DNA of 64,000 nucleotides from Chiloscyllium plagiosum (GCF_004010195.1 NC_057755.1:11187928-11251927); one strand, 5' to 3'. Shown: positions 38,375-50,995, counted from the first letter of the stretch. Notes: generated by a model not told the origin, from the sequence alone. Numbers and translations are program-made.

Positions 38375-39425
38375 CTGCCTTCTTGAACCAGTGAACTATG
38401 TCAATGGAAAACTGATGATAGATGGAGTTAAATAGAAGAGAGTGTGAGTTAATTCCTTTTGGACTGAGGAACGATAGATCAGCGACTTTCTCCATGTAGG
38501 AAAATAAATATAATGGCTGCACAAATAGGGTTTAAGCTTCAGGTGCACAGATCTTGAAAATGCCCCACGCAGGCACAGAAAATAACCCAGTACGTTAATA
38601 CAATGCTGGCCGTCATATCTAGAGGATTTCAGTACAAGAATGCAGGAGACATGCTGCAGTCATACAGGACCCTGGTTAGACTCCACTCAGATTACGTCAT
38701 ACTTGGGTGACCATACCTCAGGAATAATATGTTGGGGGGAGTGCAACATAGGTTTACATGAACCTTACCTGGACTTCAGAGCTTATGTCACGTGGATAGC
38801 TTATGCAAATTAGGAATGTTTTCTCTACAATTTAAAAGGTGAAAAGACAATCAGATCCAAATAATCAAGTATAAACAGGAAAAGATTGAGCAGGTAAGAA
38901 TAAATGATTCCCACTGACTGGGGATTCTAGAACAATAGAAGAGCCAGACAATTAGGGCCTGTGCATTCAGGACAGATGTTAGGAAGTGTTCCCACACACA
39001 AAGGATGGTACAGGTCGTTGTCGTGTAAAGTGACAGCTTGCGTTTCTCTGTGACCTCGCGCTGTAGAAAGTTGCGCTTTAGAAGATCACTATAGGAAATC
39101 TCTATGCCCGCTCAGCAGAAAGTTTGTGTTAGTCAAACAGCCTCCACAATTCGTCAATTGTGTTATAGCCAAATCGTGCTGATGAAACACGCGTTGCAGC
39201 AGAACGACCTGTAGACTTTTGGAACGCACATCCACAAACGGCTGTGGATACTACATCGGTTGTTAATTCTAAATCTGAGAAAGATAAATTTCATGGTAAA
39301 CAAAGGTATTTAGAGATATAGGCCAAGGTCAGGGATATGAAGGTAGGCCCCTGATCAGCAATGATCTCATTGAATAGCAATAGAAATTCGAGGGGCCAAA
39401 TGATCTCCTCGTGCTCCTATGTTCC
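38375..39425 (+). mobile_element. Old CR1-clade LINE 3' part hosting a MITE
   Basis: Degenerate LQSYRTLVRLHSDY motif. 3' UTR similar to 46590-47285. Confidence 0.7.
39011..39211. mobile_element. 201-bp MITE (Tc1/mariner-pogo/Tigger type)
   Basis: Terminal inverted repeats CAGGTCGTT...AACGACCTG with TA on both sides. Removing it restores the host CR1 sequence GGTA|GACTTTTGGAAC. Confidence 0.85.
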
Positions 39426-39713
39426 TAAGTCCCTGTACACCCATCAGACTATTGGAACGGGTGTAACACAATTTGGATCCAGGGTGAATGAGGGATTGGG
39501 GTTCTGAATGGACACATGGGTGAACAGATATACGATCTGATTGGCTGTTTAAACAGGATGGTCTATGTCAAAGACTGAGGATTGGGCTTGAGGAGAGAGA
39601 CCAGGGATAATTTACCTTCACTGCAGACAGATATGCTGCAAATTGTAACATCACTCAGAAGGTTATTGGTCCTGGAACAACACCAGAAACACGATTTGAG
39701 TGACTGGAACATG

Positions 39714-40578
39714 GTTGAAACTTTATTGCTGGAACAGCACAGCAGGTCAGGCAGCATCCAGGGAACAGGAGATTCGACGTTTCGGGCACAGGCCCTTCTT
39801 CAGGAATGAGCAGAGAGTGTTCAGCAGGAGAAGATAAAAGGTAGGGAGGAGAGACTTGGAGGAGGGGCGTTGGAAATGTGATAGGTGGAAAGAGGTCAAG
39901 GTGAGGGTGATAGGTCGGAGTAGGATGGAGGCGGAGAGGACAAGAAGAAGACTGCAGGACAGGAAGGCAGTGCCGGGCTGGAGGGATCCGGCTGAGACAA
40001 CTGCCTTGTCAGATCCACACCCCCCCACCGACCCAACCTCCACTCCCGGCACCTTCCCTTGCAACCACAGGAGGTGCAACACTTGCGCCCACACCTCCCC
40101 CCTCACTTCCCTCCAAGGCCCCAAAGGAAACTTCCATACCCGCCACAGATTCACCTGCACCTCCACCCACATCATCTACTGCATCCGCTGCAGCCGGTCT
40201 GGCCTCCTCTATATTGGGGAGACAGGCCGCCTACTTGCGGAGCGATTCAGAGAGCACCTCTGGGCCACCCGGACGAACCAACCCAACCAACATGTAGCAC
40301 AGCATTTCAACTCCCCCTCCCACTCCACCGAGGATATGCAGGTCATTGGACTCAACCACCGCCAAACCACAACAACCCGACGGTCGGAGGAGGAGCGTCT
40401 TATCTTCCGACTGGGAACCCTCCAACCAAAGGGGATGAACTTGGACTTCACCAGTTTCTTCATCCCCCCTCCCCCCACCTTGTCTCAGCCGGATCCCTCC
40501 AGCCCGGCACCGCCCTCCTGACCTGCAGTCTTCTTCTTGACCTCCCCGCCTCCACCCTACTCCGACCTATCACCCTCA
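39714..40578. mobile_element. Penelope-like element: inverted end plus GIY-YIG endonuclease domain
   Basis: Plus frame reads CNHRRCNTC...IIYCIRCSRSGLLYIGETGRLLAERFREH...EERLIFRLGTLQPKGMN. About 39901-39999 and 40480-40579 are inverted repeats. Confidence 0.92.
39772..39807 (-). ncRNA. Best-preserved minimal type I hammerhead ribozyme motif
   Basis: Minus strand reads AUUC CUGAAGA A GGGC CUGU GCCC GAAAC GUC GAAU. 4-bp stem I, 4-bp stem II, full core and loopless palindromic ACGU helix III. Confidence 0.8.
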
Positions 40579-42195
40579 CGAGAATGGGATGGCGTTTTTA
40601 CAGGGGGCAGGATGGGAGGAGGTGTAGTCCAGGTAGCTGTGGGAGTCGGTAGGTTTGTAGTAGATGTCTATGGTACTAGGGGCAGCAGTGTTAGGTTAAT
40701 GCAAACTGAGGGGAGATTGGAGGTGAGATACCAGAATGTCAGGGGTGGAGGGGAGAAGGTGGTTTCTATTTTGAAATGTTGTGTGATCCCTTTATATATC
40801 AATTCAGGAGACAGGAAGCGGAGGGGGCGGGGGGGAGGGTGTCCAGGGATCATTCAGGAATCCGTCAATATTCCAAAGTGAGTATATACAGATTTTTAGG
40901 GAGTGAAGGAGAGAGAGGGAGCAATTCCAGGAAGTGTCTCCGGTATAGAGATGGGTTCATGATCCTGCTGCAATAGGCTATCACGATTTCACACAGGAAG
41001 GATGCCAGTGTCTGCCGCATTGTCGCTTTGTTGGAAAACTTTATTTCCGGCTTTGTCGATGTAAGGAATTAGAATCAAATGGATAGAGAATGGAGGACGT
41101 AATACATCTTTTCCAAACATTATCCTTCCTAGGATACCATGACTGTCTTCTCCCCCCCCCCCCCCTCCCCAACTTCCTTTATGTCCGATACACCAAAGGG
41201 GTAGGGTATGGTGACTCAGTGTTAAGAGCGCTGGGTCAGCTATAGAGAGACCTCAAACCCACGCACATCCCACCATAGAATTTAAATACAATTCATGAAG
41301 AAAACCATTTGTAATTGCATTTTGGTCTCTGTCATGGTATCTGTCTACGTTTAATCCATTGTTGGGGGAGGACCTCTGGGTAATGTCCAATAGGGGGAGC
41401 TGATGGTCCAATTGCTGGGTAATGGGACCAGTGTGGGCACAGTGAATGTTCAGTGATGCACGCTCGATGGGCCAAAGGGCCTCCTCTGTACTATATGATT
41501 CCACTATGAGGGAAGGGACTGGTTTGGGTTTCTTTGACTGACAGATCCCTACGGGAACATAGGAACCCGGTAACACTCCACGGTCCTTCGGAAGAATCGA
41601 AAGTTACCAATATCTCTGTCCTTGCAGCAGTATGACACCCCATCCCACTGCATTTACTCATCGCCAATCATTCAGGATCACATCCTGGTCTCTTCATGGT
41701 CTCTCCTTTTAAAAAAAAATAAGGGATGCGAAGGTCCTGGGTTGACTCAGTAGTAATGGCCTACCCATCTGTTCAGAAAGTCAAGCACATTGATGCCAAC
41801 CTGGAGTCCTGGGTGGTCCTGATTGGAGAAAGATGGTAGAGCTCCTTCCCTGGACAACATCAGTGAACTGGATGGTTTTTATAACGATGGTTAAAAGGTC
41901 ACCATTACACCAACTTTTTCCTGCATCACTCCATCAGTTCTTTATCTCCAGACCTTGCATGTTCAATTCTCAAGCTCTTACCCACTATTCTTCGTCATGT
42001 GACTACTCCCCTTTCAATCAGGAATAGTTCCTGGCCGAAAGGAGAGGGCTGCACTCTAACCCTCACTGACAGTCCCTGGGCGTATCCAGGGATCCTAAGC
42101 CCTTCTCGTCTTAATTCAATATAGAGACGTGAAGGAGATATAAGATAAATCTAAGTTTCCCTTGTTGGTAAAATTGGGTTTTCTCTGGGTTGTTC

Positions 42196-42820
42196 CTAGT
42201 TCTCTTTAGTAACTAAGCATGTCAATAATGCGGATGGATATTTCAACGTGCTTTTGAAATGGTCTCTGAACTTGGACTGGGTCACTGTATAAATAATTTG
42301 TTTGTTGCAGCAACTTAACCCCACCAGCATAAGTCCAGCATGCCGGAAGCTTTGTACAGAACCACTGTAGTAGTTGAGATTTGTTCCTGCAATGTAATAA
42401 TGTATGAAGAATAGAACGAATACGAACTACTGGAGCATAAAGTTGCCGGATAAAGAGAAAAGTATAATCATTGACCTCCTTCTACTCTCCACTTCCGGGT
42501 CATTTTGATTCTGTCTTTGTTCTGATCCTTCAGCCCATTAGGGACACGACTGGCCACTAAAATACATCTGACTGTCAGAGTGTTGAAAAACAGAATTAAA
42601 CAAATGGGCGCAATGGGGTAAAGCTGCCTCAAACAAGTCAAATCCTTTCCAAGCAGGTTCAGTACAATGACTTAATCACACAGAACCATGATACATGGTT
42701 GATTATTTTTACAGGTTCAAATGTCACATAGAAAGGGATATTCTTGATGCAGAGCTGCAAACAAGTCATTGACAGAGTCAGAGCAGCAGTTTTCGCTGTG
42801 CAGTATTTTGCTTTGAGCTT
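42196..42820 (-). pseudogene. Pseudogene of the same GPR139/142-like family (gene B), ICL2 to C-terminus only
   Basis: Manual minus-strand translation gives KLKAKYCTAKTAA, KNIPFY, WFC, EPAWKGFDLF, LILFFNTLTV, ESRRRSMIILFSLSGNF and TQSKFRD. Several frameshifts, and TAG at the TM6 Trp. Homology stops above about 42820. Confidence 0.88.
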
Positions 42821-43289
42821 TTACTTAAGGCAAAGATGTATTATTATTTAAGTGATTTATACTGTAAGTAAACCATAGCAGTGATGTGCACACCTTCTGA
42901 ATTATGTTTTTATTGCTTAATGTTTGTTTTTACATTGATTATGCAGACCTCTTACGTATCTAGAATATTTGATCAACTCCTGGTCTCATAACCGTTGGCG
43001 AATCATGGTCTTTATGAAGGCTGTACATTTCTGACTACATCGATTTCACAGTGACCTGATTGAACCCATACCTCTCACAACGTCCCCTACAATGAGTGAT
43101 CAGAGCCTTCACCTGTGATCCAATCCATTCTGGGGATCGGAGCAATGGAAGAGATCATCAGGGATCAAACCAAGTTTGGGATTTAGGGACAATAAGGACT
43201 CCTGTATTTGTATTTCTTCCTGCATTTGTTGTTCCTCGAATATCATCCCGCACCCAAACACATACAACATTTCATCTTATATCATAAAC

Positions 43290-43420
43290 AATTCCTGATG
43301 AAGGGCTTTTACCAGAAATGTCGATTCCCCTGCTCCTTGATGCTGCCTCACCTGCTGTGCTTTCCCAGCACCACACTCACGACTCTGATCTCCAGCATCT
43401 GCAGCCCTCACTTTCTCCAT
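43290..43420 (+). mobile_element. Solo PLE-end fragment with decayed hammerhead motif
   Basis: ATTCCTGATGAAGGGCTTTTACCAGAAATGTC followed by the conserved TGCTGCCT...CCAGCATCTGCAG tail. Confidence 0.75.
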
Positions 43421-43539
43421 ATGGGCCAAGGGTTGGGAAATGGATTATAACAGTTCGGTGGTTGTTTTTGGCCGGCACAACCTCAATGGGCAGAATAGTC
43501 ATTTTCCATCTAAACCTAAATGCCAGTGCCCAGTTCACT

Positions 43540-44610
43540 GGATACAAATACACATTTTCAGGTGACGGTAGACCCGACCCCACAACGACTAAACATAATC
43601 TCATCCTTTCTAAGAGGATTTTAAAAATCTGGAGAATTAGACAGGGCAGACTTCCAAAATATGAAACCAGATGGATCCAACACACCACGCTTCTGTGGTT
43701 CTATGGATAACCAAAATTACACAAACCTGGCGACCCTCTCAGATCCATAGTCTCTCTACTTGGTACACCAGCATACAGACTAGCCAAGGAATTCTACCAG
43801 AAATTAAAACAGCTAATTGAAAATTCACTCCACCCAAGATTTCATGAACCCCAAGACACCAAGATAGAAGAAGATGTTTCCTTTACATCAATGGTCTCCT
43901 TTGATGTTACAGCCTTTTTTACATCGACCTGGCCAAAGAAATACTGGCCTCACTGCTCGGATAACCAAGGCTACAAACACCAGACAGCACAAACTTCATC
44001 AGCAAAGATAACATCCTCAAGCTAGTGAACCTGTGCCTCACCAGCCATTTCACATTCAATAGCAAGATGTACAAACAAGTCAGCGGAACACCCATGGGAT
44101 CACCAATATCAGGGCTCACAGTGGAAAAAAAAGTAATGCAGAGACTTGAACAAGCTGCCCTCCCATCCATCCAACCCAAATTTTGGGCCCACTTTGTGAT
44201 GACACCTTTGTCGTCACGAAACGGAACAAAATAAAGGAAACATGCAACACCGTCAACAATATCCTGACCAGCATGAAATTCACAAAAGAGGAGGAGAGCA
44301 ACAACAGACTCCCATTCCTAGACATGACTGTTGAATGTACATATAATGGAGAGCTTCGAACCAGCATCTAAGAGAAAATAAAGCAAACACAGACCAAATA
44401 CTTAACTCCAGTAGCAATCATCCCAACACCCACAAACCGAGCTGCATCAAGGCATTATTTCTACGAAGTACATCACACTGCAGGACCCAAGAACTACAAA
44501 CAGCAGAAGCAAAACATCTATACAACCTTTTCAAGAAAAACGGGTACCCAATAAACACAATCTGCCGATTCCACAGAAACAACTCAAACAAGCAGCCAAA
44601 ACACAACCAA
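43540..44610 (+). mobile_element. Decayed Penelope-like reverse transcriptase region
   Basis: FYG*PKLHKP, MVSFDVTA, YKQVSGTPMGSPISG, DDTFV and LPFLD motifs across frameshifts. Confidence 0.9.
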
Positions 44611-45164
44611 AAAAACTATTTGGTTGCCCCTATTTGGTACGAAACGTTTGCCCCTCAGGACTCTTTTAGATCTTTCCCCTCTCACCTTAAACCTACGCCC
44701 TCTAGGTTTGAAACCTTTACCCTAAGGAAAAGACCTTGTCTGTTTATCCTATCCATGACCCTCATGATTTAAAAGGTGATCTATAAGGTCACCCCTCAGC
44801 CTCTGATGATTGAGGGAAAAACATCCCAGCCTATTCAATCTCTCACTAGAACTGAAACTTCCAGCCCCAATAACAGACTTGGTTGGTTAGGGGATCAATT
44901 GTTATGGAGACAGGCAGAAGAATGGGGCTGAGGGACATTTCAGCCATGCTCAAATGACAGAGCAGTCTCGATGGGGGCTGAATGGCCTCATTTGCTCCTG
45001 TATGTTATGGTGTTTTGGATTTTTCATGGTGTGTTAATGTTTTAGCATATATCAGATATTGTGTTCTTCCATCAATTTCATTATTAACTGTACTCTCTGC
45101 CTCAGACAGACTCACACACATCAGACCCATCTGCACACCGCACATTTTTTTCTGTGAGAACACA

Positions 45165-45810
45165 ATGTCATAGAGTCATAGAGATGTACAGCACAGAAAC
45201 AGACCCTTCGGTACAACTTGTCCATGCCAACCAGATAGCCAACCTAATCTGGACCCACCTGCCAGCACCCGGTCCATACCCTTCCAAACCTTTCCTATTC
45301 AAATGCCCAGGCAGATGCCTTTTAAATGTTGCAATCGTACTAGTCTCCATCACCTCCTCTAGCAGCTCAGTCTATATATGTCACACCCTCCGCGTGAAAA
45401 CGTTTATATCTTTCCCCTCTCACCCTAAACTTATGCCCTCTAGTTCTGGACTCCCCGACCCCAGGGAAAATACTTTGCCTATTTATTCTATCCATGCCCC
45501 TCATGATTTTATAAACCTCTATAATGTCCCCCCGCCCCCCCCCTCGTCTCCAACCCACCAGGGAAAACAGCCCCAGCCTGTTCAACCTCTCCCTGCAACT
45601 GAAATCCTCCAACCCTGGCAACGTTCTTGTAAATCTTTTCTGAACTCTTTCAAGTTTCACAACACTATTCCAATAGAAAGGAGACCCGAATTGCACCTAG
45701 TATTCCAACAGTGGCCTAACCAATGCCCTGTACAGCCACAACATGACCTCCCAACTCCTGTACTCAATACTCTGACCAATGAATGAAAACATACCAAACG
45801 CCTTCTTCAC
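45165..45810 (-). mobile_element. CR1-clade LINE 3' fragment
   Basis: LERVQKRFTRTLPG and RGDIIEVYKIM, with CTATGA-like tail. Confidence 0.88.
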
Positions 45811-47384
45811 TTGACTTGAAACATTTATCGTTGCAATTATCCTAATCTGCTTTCCTTCTCCATAGCTTTCCAGGAGGAGATTGCTTTGTTTAAAATCAAC
45901 ATGAGTCTATTTGAATAAAATGCATTATCTGCGATTGCCCCAGTGCTGATTCCAACCAATAATATAGTTTAAGTCAATTCAAACTCCCACCCCCATGCCG
46001 AAACTCAACCTGATGCAATGCCTCAAACTGACAGAACAAGATCTCTCAAAACAGGTCGGGCCTTCTATGAATGCAGCACTTTCAGCAGAACCCATAAGGG
46101 CCATTCGGCCCATTGAGTCTGATCTGTCATTCGATCATGGCTGATAGGTTTTACAACACCATTCTCCTGCTTTCTCCCCATAACATTTAATCCCCTTGGC
46201 AATCAAGGGCCTATCTGTCTCTGTCTTAAGTGTACTAAATGACCTAACCTCCACAGCCCTCTGTGGCAAAGAATTCCATCGATTCCCCACTCTCTGGCTG
46301 GAGAAGGTTCTCCTTATCCCCGTTTTAAAGGGTCTTCCCTTTACTCTAAGGCTGTGCCCTCACGTCCTCGTCTCTCTTGCCAAGGGAAACATCTTCATAA
46401 TATCCACTCTGTCCAGGTCATTCAGTATTTTGCGAGTTTCAATTACATTCCCCCCACCCCATTTTTCTAAATTCCAGATCCACAGTTCTCAAATATTCCT
46501 CACATGTTAAACCTTTAATCCCTGGGACCATTCTCGTTCAGAAATACTCCAACTGAGAAAGGATGGATCAGAGTACTTTCTCGATGATAAGAGTTTAAAT
46601 ACAGTGAATGTTCAAAGAGATTTGGTCATTCAAGTGCATGGATCAGTACAATGTCAGGAAATAATCAAGGGAGTTCCTGGAAATCTGGCCTTTATAACTG
46701 GAGAACTAGAGTACAAGGATGTGGAAATTATGCTGCAGTTATACAAAACCCTGCTTAGGCCCACTTGGAGGCTGTGAGGAGATATGGGCATAGATCGGTA
46801 TTGGAGGGAATGCAATGAAGGTTTCCAAGAATGATACTGAGATGTTAAAGAGGGGAGATTATGCAAATTATGTCTGCTTTCTCTATAACTTAGAAGGTTG
46901 AGGGGTGGTCAGATCAAAATATTCAAGATATTGACAGGAAAAGATGGGAGAGATAAAGATTCCCACTGTTTGGAGATTCTCGATGGAGAGGGAGCAGAGT
47001 CTGAGAATGAGGGCCCAGAGAGTTCAGAAGAGATGTTAGGAAGCACTGTGACACACAGAGGAAGAGAGAGGTTTGGAACTCTCTTCTATAAATGCCAATG
47101 GATACAGGGTTAGTTGTTAATTTTACATCTCAGGTAGATGTAAATAGTTTTTTTGCTCAGAAAAAAGTATGAAAGGCATTGTATCAAAGGAAGGCATATG
47201 GATTCAGGCCATAGATCAGACATGTTCACGATTAATGATTGAAAAGGCTTGAGGGGCAGAATGGTCTCCTCCTGTTCCTCATTCCATTGAGACTACTTAT
47301 GGTCTTCGAAGCCTCAGTTTAATTTTGTTTCATAATGATTTATCTACAAAGTAAGAGGAACAGAAAACAAGAGAAGTGTGGATG

Positions 47385-48110
47385 TTGTACACTGGAAATT
47401 GCTGGAAAAGCTCAGCAGGTCGAGCAACATGCGTTCAGAGAAATCAGAGTTAATATCTCGGGCCCAGTAACCCTTCCTCAGTACTGATAGTAACTGGGGA
47501 AATGCCAGTTTATATGCAGAAAATAGGGTGGGGCGAGGGGTTAAAGAATAAATGATAGATGGGGATAGACCCCAAAGAGAGAAGGGCAGTTGGTTAGAAA
47601 AAGGAGCTGGTAATGAGCTGCCTTGGAGGGAGAACAGCTGTTAATGAAGACTGCCAGTGTCAAGCAATAGGTCATGTGTAATAGCAGACTACATGATAAC
47701 GAGGCCTTTTGTGTATGGTAGGGGGATAGGGCATGGGAGAGTACAAACCCTCAAATTATCGAACTCAGTATTGAGTCCAGAGGGCTGCAGGGTCCCCAAA
47801 TGGAAAATGAGGTGCTGTTCTTCCAGCACGCACTGAGCTTTGCTGGAACACTGCAGCAAACCTGAGACAGAAATGTTGGCCAGGGAATAGGGTGGTGGGT
47901 GAGAGTGGCAGGCAACTGGAAGCTCAGGTCCTTTTTTGCAGGCAGAACGTAGGTGGTCTGTGAAGTGATCACCTAGTCTCTGCTTCATTTCCCCCATGTA
48001 CAGGAGATCACACTGTAGAATGCGGTAGACTAGATTGTGGTAAGTGCAGGTCAATCAAAGCTTCACCTCAAAGGTGAGGAGGGAGGAGGCAAATGTGTTT
48101 GTGGGAGAAG
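47385..48110 (-). mobile_element. Old Penelope-like 3' fragment (GIY-YIG and end) just downstream of GPCR gene C
   Basis: NLVYRILQCDLLYMGEMKQRLGDHFTDH and EEQHLIFHLGTLQPSGLN. Confidence 0.85.
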
Positions 48111-48425
48111 GTGCCGTGGGGCTGTGGGGGATGGTGGCGTTGGGAGTGAAAGGAAGAGTAGATCAGATTGTCCCAGAAGGAACAATCCCTGTAGGAGCTT
48201 CAGGGCAAGCCAACTGTGCCTCAGCCTTCCGAGTCAGTCACAGCTCTTCAGAGTTTCAACCGCTACATTCCTTCCTCCCACTCTCACTTTGACCCAGGTA
48301 TTGTCTCATTGCACTTATAAACTGACATTGAAAGGCCTAATCTCCTGTATTGGTCTCGTATATAGATGCCCTTCCATTAACATGCCCCAAACATTGCTGA
48401 AACGAATCAGTTGGTACAATTTAAT

Positions 48426-49351
48426 TTATGAACAGGAGGCACAAGGTTTACATCTCTGGCTTCCCCATCGGGGTTTATCTCGATGATATCTCAGTGCAGC
48501 CTTGAGCTGCTCTCTGAACTTGGACTGGGTCATCCCATATATAAATGTGTTAGTGCAGCAACTTACATTCACCAACATGACTCCGACTTGTTGGAATAAG
48601 ATTGAGGAATGATTGTCAGCTTTAGAATCTGATCTAGGAATTATGTTAGAAATGAAGTTTATCACATATATCAACCACAAAAGGAGAAAGTTGCCCGATA
48701 TGGCAAAGAGTAAAATCACAGATTTCCTCCTGCTCTCCATCTCTGGGTCTCTGCGATTCTCTCCCTTGCTCTGACTCCTCAGTGCCTTACGGACTTGGCT
48801 GGTCATTAAAATGTGTCTGACTGTCAGGGTGTTGAACAGAAGAATTAAAATGAAGGCAAAGAAAGGGGTTAAAGCTGTGTGAAACCACCTGAATCCCTTC
48901 CAAAGGGATTCAGTGTAATAACTTGACTTTGAAATACAGAGCCATGGTATATTGTCTACGATTACATAAGGCTTATATCGAAAGTAGAAGGGCACATGGA
49001 GTAAACAGAACAGAATACAGGTTGTTGCTAAAACAATAGCTGTATTTCTCTCTGTGCAATATTTAGTTTTTAGTTTCTGGCAACAAATGGCGATGAATCG
49101 ATCAAATGTGAAAGTGACAGTGAACCAAACAGAGCAGGATGTCGCTGCTACAGACAGGACATAGACTACACTGCACACTGGAGTGATATCCAAGAAGGAA
49201 AGTGGGAGATAATAATTGTTAATTTGCCTCAGTATGACCTCCGTGATAACGACCAGTAGGTCTGCTGTTGACATGGCCATCAGGAAACGAGTGATGCCCG
49301 TGGAGAGACCGCACTTTCCTCTGGACAAGATCACAATTGCCACAAGATTAA
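48426..49351 (-). CDS. Main 7TM exon of a paralogous GPR139/142-like GPCR (gene C); first exon not located
   Basis: Minus-strand acceptor TTTTTTCTCCCCTGCAG|TT AAT CTT at the same position and phase as gene A. Uninterrupted frame with ADLL, FTFDRFIAICC, MESRRKS and SCCTNTFIYGMTQSKFREQ, clearly homologous to gene A. Confidence 0.85.
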
Positions 49352-49427
49352 CTGCAGGGGAGAAAAAAAAGAGAAACTGAAAATTTCTGTTCAAGTATTC
49401 TTCACATTTCGTCCCAAGCAAACATTT

Positions 49428-50048
49428 GAGTATACTTGAGCATAAGAGCTGACAGATCATGTTAAAATTGTACAAGACATTGTATCGGATGCATTTAGAA
49501 TACTGTGTACAATTCTGGGTGCCACATGACCAAAAGAATGTAGATGTTTTGGAGAGGGTGCAGAGAAGGTTTACGCGGATGCTGCCTGGTATGGAAGGTG
49601 CTAGCTATGAAGAGAGGTTGAGTAGGTTAGGTTTAGTTTCACTAGAAAAAAAGGAGATGGGGTGGGACCTGATTGAGGTTTACAAAATCATGAAGGGTAT
49701 AGTCAGGGTGGATAGAGACAAGCTTTTTCCCAGGGTGAAGGATTCAATCACGAGAGGTTATGCTTTCAAAATGAGAGGTGGAAAGTTTAAGGGGGATACA
49801 CACAATAAGTGCTTCACATAGAGGGTGGTGGGCGTTTGGAACGCATTGCCAGCAGAGGTGGTAGAGGCAGGCACGGTGGATTCATTTAACATGGGTCTGG
49901 ACAGATGCATGAGTGGGGGGAGCAGAAGGATACTGATGCTTAGGAATTGACCGACAGGTTTAAACTGTAGATTTGGATTGGCTCAGGCTTGGAGGGCCGA
50001 AGGGCCTGTTCCTGGGCTGTAAATATTCTTTGTTCTTTGTTCTTTGTT
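49428..50048 (+). mobile_element. CR1-clade LINE 3' fragment next to the splice acceptor of gene C
   Basis: HLEYCVQFW, LERVQRRFTRMLPG and DLIEVYKIM, with (TTCTTTG)n tail. Confidence 0.92.
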
Positions 50049-50189
50049 TTGGCAACAAGAAAGTGGTGGGCTTTGGGCAGATATTAAGTTAACTGCGCAA
50101 AGTTCTTAGTTCATTTCCAGGTTTGCATGACACAAGGGAAGATTGCCTTCAGAAGGCTATTTCACGTGTCAGAATTACTATCAAACCGA

Positions 50190-50995
50190 AAGCACGTATG
50201 TTCACTTTAAACTAGAAACTTTTTCCTGAATTTTGAAGTCAAGTGCAGGCTCAGCTGCCCAAATGGAAGGGCTGGGACTTGGACTGTAACAAAATAGATG
50301 CATGTAACAAAATGGTTGTGAAATGGATTCCTGATTTTCGGTTGTTGTTTTGCCAACAATTCAAATTTAACCAATTAGTTTACATTGTGCCCAGGATACT
50401 AACCACAACCGAGTTTGAATTTATTACTTTCACATCATCGGACCAATGAGATGGTACAATGGGTGCATGAAAAAGACGAGCATTTTGAAAATTGGCCAGA
50501 GAGAGCAGCTGCCATCGATCAGCTGAGCAATTGCCATAGAACCAGACAGCTAACTACCCATCTAACGTCTTGGTCTCGAAGATATTAGGAAACACTCTCT
50601 ATCAAAGGCACCTTTTCATACTCGCAATAAAAAGAAAGAAAATGACCCAGGGCACTCAACAGATGGATGATTGAAGGCAGCAGAGAAGGCAGAGACTGTG
50701 TGGTCTTGAGATTAAGTTAATGTAATGTTTAACAATTGTTTTATTGGAACAGCATTAGTGTAGCGGTTGGGTAAGATAGTAAATAGTTAATAGAAGGGGT
50801 ATTTGATTCATGTATAGCTTCTGATTAGTGTTCACTGTTAGAGTTAGGAAAATAAATTGGCACACTTTCTTTAAATGATGAAAATAATAAGTTCTCTGTT
50901 ACTCACTTACATTTTAAAAGATTGCGAGGCGAGAGGAGTTTCTCTGGGGACTGGTTTGAATTAACAGAGGGGATTGACCTTCCAAATTGGAACAG
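50190..50995 (+). mobile_element. Possible solo LTR, diverged relative of the 14724/63310 family
   Basis: Shared short motifs (CCAAT, TTTGAATTTA, CATTTTGAA), AATAAA and an end in AACA. Weak. Confidence 0.4.

Noticed and set aside
43540..44610. Active autonomous Penelope or telomerase-like gene
   Set aside because: Stops and frameshifts throughout and truncated at both ends. No intact autonomous retroelement was seen in the window.
45154..45786. 210-aa plus-strand ORF
   Set aside because: Antisense reading of a CR1 3' fragment.
49352..49475. N-terminal 41 aa of the 349-aa ORF
   Set aside because: Made of antisense CR1 sequence plus the acceptor tract, so intronic.
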